From the NCBI GenBank assembly GCA_050486505.1, contig JBJHDK010000058.1, forward strand, positions 1 through 14,625: a stretch of DNA of 14,625 nucleotides, in the 5' to 3' direction. The translations under genes were made by a program, and so were the position numbers. The DNA comes from Fibrobacteria bacterium. GTDB taxonomy: Bacteria > Fibrobacterota > Fibrobacteria > UBA11236. Below the pieces are notes generated by a model that was not told where the DNA came from, made no database searches, and worked only from the letters and a program-made list of their open reading frames with translations. Shown piece by piece: positions 10,264 to 14,625 of this stretch; positions within the stretch are counted from its first letter, which is position 1; every line of letters begins with the position of its first letter.

Positions 10264-10295
10264 AAACCCCGGAACCTTCGGCTCCGGGGTTTTTT
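10264..10295 (+). terminator. Rho-independent terminator, possibly bidirectional
   Basis: AAA-CCCCGGA-ACCTTCGGC-TCCGGGG-TTTTTT, located between convergent genes. Confidence 0.85.
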
Positions 10296-10328
10296 GTGTC
10301 CGGGTTCGTCGCCGCGCCCTCTCTTGTC

Positions 10329-11141
10329 TCAGGACTCTTCGCCCAAGGCCGCCTTGATCAGTGCGATGGTGATCCCGCGCAGCGTTCCCACCGCGCCCGG
10401 CAAGGGTTCCGCGCGCGCCTCGTCCCAGTAGAGCGCGCGGTTGAACTCGCAGAGCAACCCCGGAACGCGATGGCGGAAATTCGGGTGGGTGTAGCGCTCC
10501 AGGATGTAGCCGTCGTTGAAGGGCTCGTTGAGGCGCGCGCGTGAGTCCGCGGGCCACCCCGGAAAATGCTGCGCGATCAGGGAGTCCCCGAGGGTCCTCA
10601 GGGCGCGGGCCCGTTCAGGTTCCAGGGAGACCGGCAATCCCGGTCGCGGTTCCCCATCGGAGTCCCCGAGGTTGACGAGGCACAATGCCGGGCGCGCCCT
10701 GCCGGGGTCGGGCCCAAGCGCCGGCCCCCCTGCATTCATCGAGTGTCCGTCGAGCAGGAAGCGGATGTTCCCGCCGGCGAGCACTTCCTCCACCCGTGAG
10801 TGAAAGGGTGCGTGATATAGGTGGATTCGGCGCGCACGCTCCGCGTCATCGATGACGTGCCCGGCAGGGTACCACGATCGCAGGGCGAAGTCGGTTTCGC
10901 GGATGACGCCGTCGGGCCCGGTCTCGATGGGCGCGCGGTTCAGGTCGGCTGCGTAGCGCGACCAGGGAGCGTGCACGACCGTGGCGCCCGGAATGTCGTA
11001 GATGCGGTCGGTCAGGGGGTCGCCCTCGAGCAGCAGGCGACGACGTAGCGCGGCCTCGGGTTCCCCGGACTCGAGCATGCGCGCGAAGATTTCCGGCGGG
11101 ACGTCGGTGGATCCGTGGGGGATGGTGATGAGGGCGGGCAT
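10329..11141 (-). CDS. N-formylglutamate amidohydrolase (HutG/FGase) family protein
   Basis: IPHGS, D.LTD.IY, SRYAADLNR, YHAPFH, LLDGHSM, LNEPFNDGYI, EFNRALY. Confidence 0.88.
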   Translation of the reverse strand: MPALITIPHGSTDVPPEIFARMLESGEPEAALRRRLLLEGDPLTDRIYDIPGATVVHAPWSRYAADLNRAPIETGPDGVIRETDFALRSWYPAGHVIDDAERARRIHLYHAPFHSRVEEVLAGGNIRFLLDGHSMNAGGPALGPDPGRARPALCLVNLGDSDGEPRPGLPVSLEPERARALRTLGDSLIAQHFPGWPADSRARLNEPFNDGYILERYTHPNFRHRVPGLLCEFNRALYWDEARAEPLPGAVGTLRGITIALIKAALGEES

Positions 11142-11153
11142 GGGTGAGGTAAT

Positions 11154-11188
11154 AATTAAGAATTACGAGTTACGAATTACGAATGATG
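11154..11188 (+). repeat. Heptamer array (ARTTACG)n, left arm
   Basis: AATTAAG AATTACG AGTTACG AATTACG AATGATG. Confidence 0.9.
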
Positions 11189-11267
11189 AACCGAGGGGGT
11201 GTCCGAAAAGCGAAGATCGTTGATTCACCGACGATGGCACATTTTTTTCACAGGCATATGACCTGCG

Positions 11268-11309
11268 CTCAATTCGTAACTCGTAACTCGTAACTCGTAA
11301 CTCGTAATT
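11268..11309 (-). repeat. Heptamer array (CGTAAYT)n, right arm, inverted relative to the left arm
   Basis: CTCAATT, then CGTAACT x4 and CGTAATT; these are the reverse complement of AGTTACG/AATTACG. Confidence 0.92.
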
Positions 11310-11313
11310 CTCC

Positions 11314-11319
11314 TACCTT
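11314..11319 (+). promoter_or_regulatory. Putative -10 hexamer TACCTT of a leaderless thioesterase-nadE transcript
   Basis: TANNNT located 7 nt before ATG 11327; the intervening TCCCCCC contains no Shine-Dalgarno. Confidence 0.5.
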
Positions 11320-11326
11320 TCCCCCC

Positions 11327-11851
11327 ATGACTTCCCCCTCAACTCCCGACCTTCCCGTTCCTCCCGAAGAGCCCGTGCCCCAGCCGGTGTTTCTTTCGCG
11401 AACCGAGTCCTCGGAAATCATCCTGCAATCGGACCTGAACCATCTCGGCCACCTGTTCGGAGGCCGCTTGGCGAGCATCATCGACAAAACCGCCGCCATC
11501 AGCGCCATCAAGCATGCGCGTAGCGCAGTGGTCACGGTCTCCATCGACAATCTCATCTTCCGTCGCCCGGTGCGCCTCGGGTCGATCTTGACCGTGAAGG
11601 CCAGCGTGAACCGGGTGTTCAACAAGTCCATGGAAGTGGGGGTTTCGGTGTGGTCCCTTCCGCCCGACAGGCCCGAGGCCGAGTATGTCTGCAACGCCTA
11701 CCTCACGTTTGCCGCCCTCGACGAGCATGGAAAGTCCCGGGAACTTCCCCCCATCGTGCCCGATACCGAGGAGGAGAAGCGCCGTTTCCGTGAAGCCGGC
11801 ATCCGTCGCGAACACCGCTTGGCCTTGCAAACGGAGTTGGGAAAGAAGTGA
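11327..11851 (+). CDS. Acyl-CoA thioesterase, hotdog fold (YciA-like)
   Basis: DLNHLGHLFGG.L...D, VVTVSID...F..PV..G, VNRVFNKSMEVGV, AYLTFAALDEHGK. Overlaps the nadE start (GTGA). Confidence 0.92.
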   Translation: MTSPSTPDLPVPPEEPVPQPVFLSRTESSEIILQSDLNHLGHLFGGRLASIIDKTAAISAIKHARSAVVTVSIDNLIFRRPVRLGSILTVKASVNRVFNKSMEVGVSVWSLPPDRPEAEYVCNAYLTFAALDEHGKSRELPPIVPDTEEEKRRFREAGIRREHRLALQTELGKK

Positions 11852-13812
11852 CTTCCCTCCGGATCGCCCTGTGCCAGATGCGCGTACATCCCGGCGAGCC
11901 CGCGCGCAACGCCGGAACGATGCTTCGCCGGGTCGATGAGTTGCGCGACCGTGCCGACCTCCTCGTGTTTCCCGAACTGTGCGTGCCCGGCTACTTTCTC
12001 GGCGACGCCTGGGAGCGCCCTGCGTTCATCCGCGACTGCGAGGCGTGGAACGCGCGCATCATTGCGGCGACCCAAGACGGGCCCGCCGTGGTCTTCGGCA
12101 GCGTGACCGCGGACTGGAATGCGAAGGGAGAAGACGGCCGTCCCCGCAAGTTCAACGCCTGGATCGCCGCCTCGGACGGGCGCGCGACCGAGCATCCCAT
12201 GCTCGGCACTCCGTACGGCGTGAAAACCCTGCTGCCCCATTACCGCGAGTTCGAGGACGGCCGGCACTTCTACGACGCGCGCAAGCTCGCGCTCGACAAC
12301 GGATGGCCGTGGCAGGATTTCGTGGCTCCTGTCGACCTGAATCTCGCCGGGGCGCGCGTGCGCACGGGCATCATCCTCTGCGAAGACGCCTGGGAGGATG
12401 ATTACGCGCAGAAGCCCATCGAGGCGCTGGCCGGCAAACATCCCGACCTCGTGCTCAATCTCAGCGCGTCCCCCTTCACGCGAGGAAAGAACGGGAAGCG
12501 TAACCGCGTGTTCTCCGAAAAGGCCCGTATTCTGGGGTGTCCGCTGGTGTATGTGAACTGCACCGGTATCCAGAACAACGGCAAAACGCTGTACACCATG
12601 GACGGGTGCAGCACGGTGTATGGGGGGGGCGGGGCGGTGCGTGTGGAGTTGCCGGCGTATGAGGAAGTTGTGACGATTGTGGAAATGAAAAGGGAGGGTT
12701 CGGGATTTGCCGTTGATATGGGAATTCGGGTAGGGGCAAATAATCATTTGCCCCTACGCATTCCCGAACCCGAACCCTCAACCCGAACCGTCTCCGAGGT
12801 CCACGCCGCCCTTCGCTACGGTGCCGAACAATTCCTCGCCTCCACCGGCCTGAACAAGGTCGTTATCGGCATCTCCGGCGGCATCGACAGCGCCGTGTCG
12901 GCCGCGCTGTTCCGTGAATTCCTGCCTCCCGAAAACCTGCTGCTGGTGAACATGCCCGGCCGCTTCAACAGCGCGACGACGCGCGGGCTCGCGAAACGGC
13001 TCGCGGAGAACCTCGGTTGTCCGTGGCTCGAGGTTCCCATCGACGAGAGCGTGAACCTGACCCTTCGCCAGCTGCATGAGGTCGAGGCGACCTCCGTGGA
13101 AGGCATGTTTCGCACGCGCCTGAAGCTGGAAGGTCTCGCCTCTGAGAACACGCAGGCCCGCGACCGCGGCGCGCGCATTCTCGCGGCGCTGGCGTCTTCC
13201 TTCGGCGGAGTCTTTGTCTGCAACGCCAACAAGGCAGAGCTCACCGTCGGCTACGGAACCCTCTACGGCGACATCGCGGGGTTCCTCGCGCCGCTCGGCG
13301 ACTTGTGGAAGCACGACGTGTATGCAGTGGGCCGTCATCTCAACGAGGCCGTGTACAAGCGCGAGGTCATTCCCCAAGGCATTTTCGACATCGTGCCTTC
13401 GGCGGAATTGGGGGATCACCATGCGGTCGATGCGGGGATGGGGGACCCCCTGTTCTACCCGTATCACGACCGGCTCTTCTTCGCCTGGGTGCAGCGCTGG
13501 AACCGCGCGACGCCCGAAGAGATTCTGGAGTGGTATGCGGAGGGAACCCTGGCGCAAGAGTTGCAGTTACCCGAAACCGTGGACCTCAAGGCGCTGTTCC
13601 CCACACCCTCCGCGTTCATTGCCGACCTGGAGCGTTGGTGGAATCTCTATTGCGGAATCGGCGTGGCCAAGCGCGTGCAGGCCCCGCCCGTGCTCGCCGT
13701 CAGCTCGCGCGCCTTCGGGTTCGACCACCGCGAGTCGCTCGGCCCGGCGGTGTATACGGAGCGATACAAAGAGATAAAGGCAGCGCTATTGAGGGCGTCC
13801 ACGGATATGTAG
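11848..13812 (+). CDS. nadE: Glutamine-dependent NAD+ synthetase (nitrilase-type glutaminase domain plus synthetase domain)
   Basis: FPEL, KTLLPHYREFED.RHF and ILCEDAW (E-K-C triad); GISGGIDSA, ENTQAR, NKAE...GYGTLYGD, PSAEL, KRVQAPP. Confidence 0.96.
   Translation: MTSLRIALCQMRVHPGEPARNAGTMLRRVDELRDRADLLVFPELCVPGYFLGDAWERPAFIRDCEAWNARIIAATQDGPAVVFGSVTADWNAKGEDGRPRKFNAWIAASDGRATEHPMLGTPYGVKTLLPHYREFEDGRHFYDARKLALDNGWPWQDFVAPVDLNLAGARVRTGIILCEDAWEDDYAQKPIEALAGKHPDLVLNLSASPFTRGKNGKRNRVFSEKARILGCPLVYVNCTGIQNNGKTLYTMDGCSTVYGGGGAVRVELPAYEEVVTIVEMKREGSGFAVDMGIRVGANNHLPLRIPEPEPSTRTVSEVHAALRYGAEQFLASTGLNKVVIGISGGIDSAVSAALFREFLPPENLLLVNMPGRFNSATTRGLAKRLAENLGCPWLEVPIDESVNLTLRQLHEVEATSVEGMFRTRLKLEGLASENTQARDRGARILAALASSFGGVFVCNANKAELTVGYGTLYGDIAGFLAPLGDLWKHDVYAVGRHLNEAVYKREVIPQGIFDIVPSAELGDHHAVDAGMGDPLFYPYHDRLFFAWVQRWNRATPEEILEWYAEGTLAQELQLPETVDLKALFPTPSAFIADLERWWNLYCGIGVAKRVQAPPVLAVSSRAFGFDHRESLGPAVYTERYKEIKAALLRASTDM
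12730..12757. repeat. 28-bp perfect GTAG-type REP-like palindrome inside nadE
   Basis: GTAGGGGCAAAT-AATC-ATTTGCCCCTAC: 12-bp perfect stem with a 4-nt loop, translated as VGANNHLPL in the inter-domain linker. Confidence 0.88.
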
Positions 13813-13859
13813 GGGCGACCCGCCGGGTCGCCCTCAGGAACCCGCCGGGCCGCCCCTGC
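13809..13859. repeat. GTAG-type REP-like inverted doublet between nadE and the convergent transporter
   Basis: GTAGGGGCGACCCGCCGGGTCGCCCT (13809-13834; stem GGGCGACCC/GGGTCGCCC), plus an inverted degenerate copy at 13840-13859 (reverse complement GCAGGGGCGGCCCGGCGGGT). Confidence 0.8.
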
Positions 13860-13889
13860 GAAGATGCGCGACCCGTTTCGGGTTAAGCG

Positions 13890-14625
13890 TCACCGCGCGA
13901 ACGTCACCAGCCCCTTGATCGATTCCCACGCGGGCGTGATCGCGTGCCACAGCACGTAGAGCAGGATCAGCGGGACGACGTAGCGCATCAGCAGTCCCCA
14001 TCCGTCGCGCAGGAACGCGCTGCCGACCCCGTTGGCCAACTCGGTCTTTGCCTGCGGTAAAATTTTCCAGCCCACCAGCAATGCCGTGAAGAATCCTCCC
14101 GTAATGAGCAGGAAGTTTCCGATGAAGCCGTCAAGGTTGCCGAGGAAGGTGGTGTTGTACACCGAAGGGATACCGAGCGCGGCGATGACGAGGCCGAGCG
14201 CCCAGGTGGCCCGCTTGCGGGTCCATCCCAGGGTGTCGGTCGCGGCGGTGACCACGACCTCGAGCAGCGAGATGCCCGAGGTGATGGCGGCGACGAAGAG
14301 CATCACGAAGAAGACGGTTTCAACCACGGCGCCCGCGACGCCCATGCTGGCGAAGCCGGCGGGCAGGGAGATGAAGAGCGCGCCGACCGTGCTCTCGCCC
14401 ACGTCGCCCATCAGGCCGAAGGTGAAGATCACGGGGAAGACGATCAGACCCGCGACGAAGGCCACGCCGAAGTCGGAAAGGGATACCACGGTGGCATCGC
14501 GGCCGAGGTCGCCCTTGCCCTTCAGGTAGGAGGCGTAGGTCATCATGGCGCCCATGCCGAGGCTCAGGGAATAGAAGGCCTGGCCCGCGGCCTGGGTGAG
14601 AATGCGTCCGTCGAAGAGGTTCGAC
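13890..14625 (-). CDS. Sodium-dependent transporter, NSS/SNF (LeuT-like) family; 5' part outside the window
   Basis: The frame is open to the right edge: ...QAAGQAFYSLSLGMGAMMTYASY (TM6 motif), AGLIVFPVIF, GALFISLP, FFVMLFVAAITSGISLLE. Confidence 0.93.
   Translation of the reverse strand, partial: SNLFDGRILTQAAGQAFYSLSLGMGAMMTYASYLKGKGDLGRDATVVSLSDFGVAFVAGLIVFPVIFTFGLMGDVGESTVGALFISLPAGFASMGVAGAVVETVFFVMLFVAAITSGISLLEVVVTAATDTLGWTRKRATWALGLVIAALGIPSVYNTTFLGNLDGFIGNFLLITGGFFTALLVGWKILPQAKTELANGVGSAFLRDGWGLLMRYVVPLILLYVLWHAITPAWESIKGLVTFAR

Noticed and set aside
11154..11309. Possible CRISPR array
   Set aside because: The units are contiguous 7-mers with no unique spacers, and no cas genes are present.
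12622..12629. G8 homopolymer in nadE as a phase-variation tract
   Set aside because: The frame is intact, the gene is housekeeping, and the run is better explained by the local G skew next to the REP.

Overview
GC-rich bacterial window, probably from a diderm (KdsB, an RND pump and three lipoproteins), made mostly of housekeeping genes. From left to right: a partial RND efflux permease and its lipoprotein adaptor (-), a small MORN/YwqK-like lipoprotein (-), a UvrD/PcrA helicase (+), gatC-kdsB-pyrG (+), an unknown lipoprotein with its own terminator (+), an N-formylglutamate amidohydrolase-family gene (-), acyl-CoA thioesterase-nadE (+) and a partial NSS sodium symporter (-). The unusual signal is a layer of short repeats superimposed on these genes. 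Two perfect 28-bp GTA(A/G)GGGC...GCCC(T/C)TAC REP-like palindromes lie inside kdsB and nadE without breaking the frame, each nested in an outer 11-bp inverted repeat. A related REP doublet supplies the nadE stop codon, and inverted heptamer arrays separate two divergent genes. Three of these sites sit at a sharp switch from G-rich left flank to C-rich right flank. PyrG has spirochaete/archaeal-type motifs, and two genes look leaderless. No transposase, RNA gene or CRISPR array was seen. All calls come from reading the sequence; no database searches were run.
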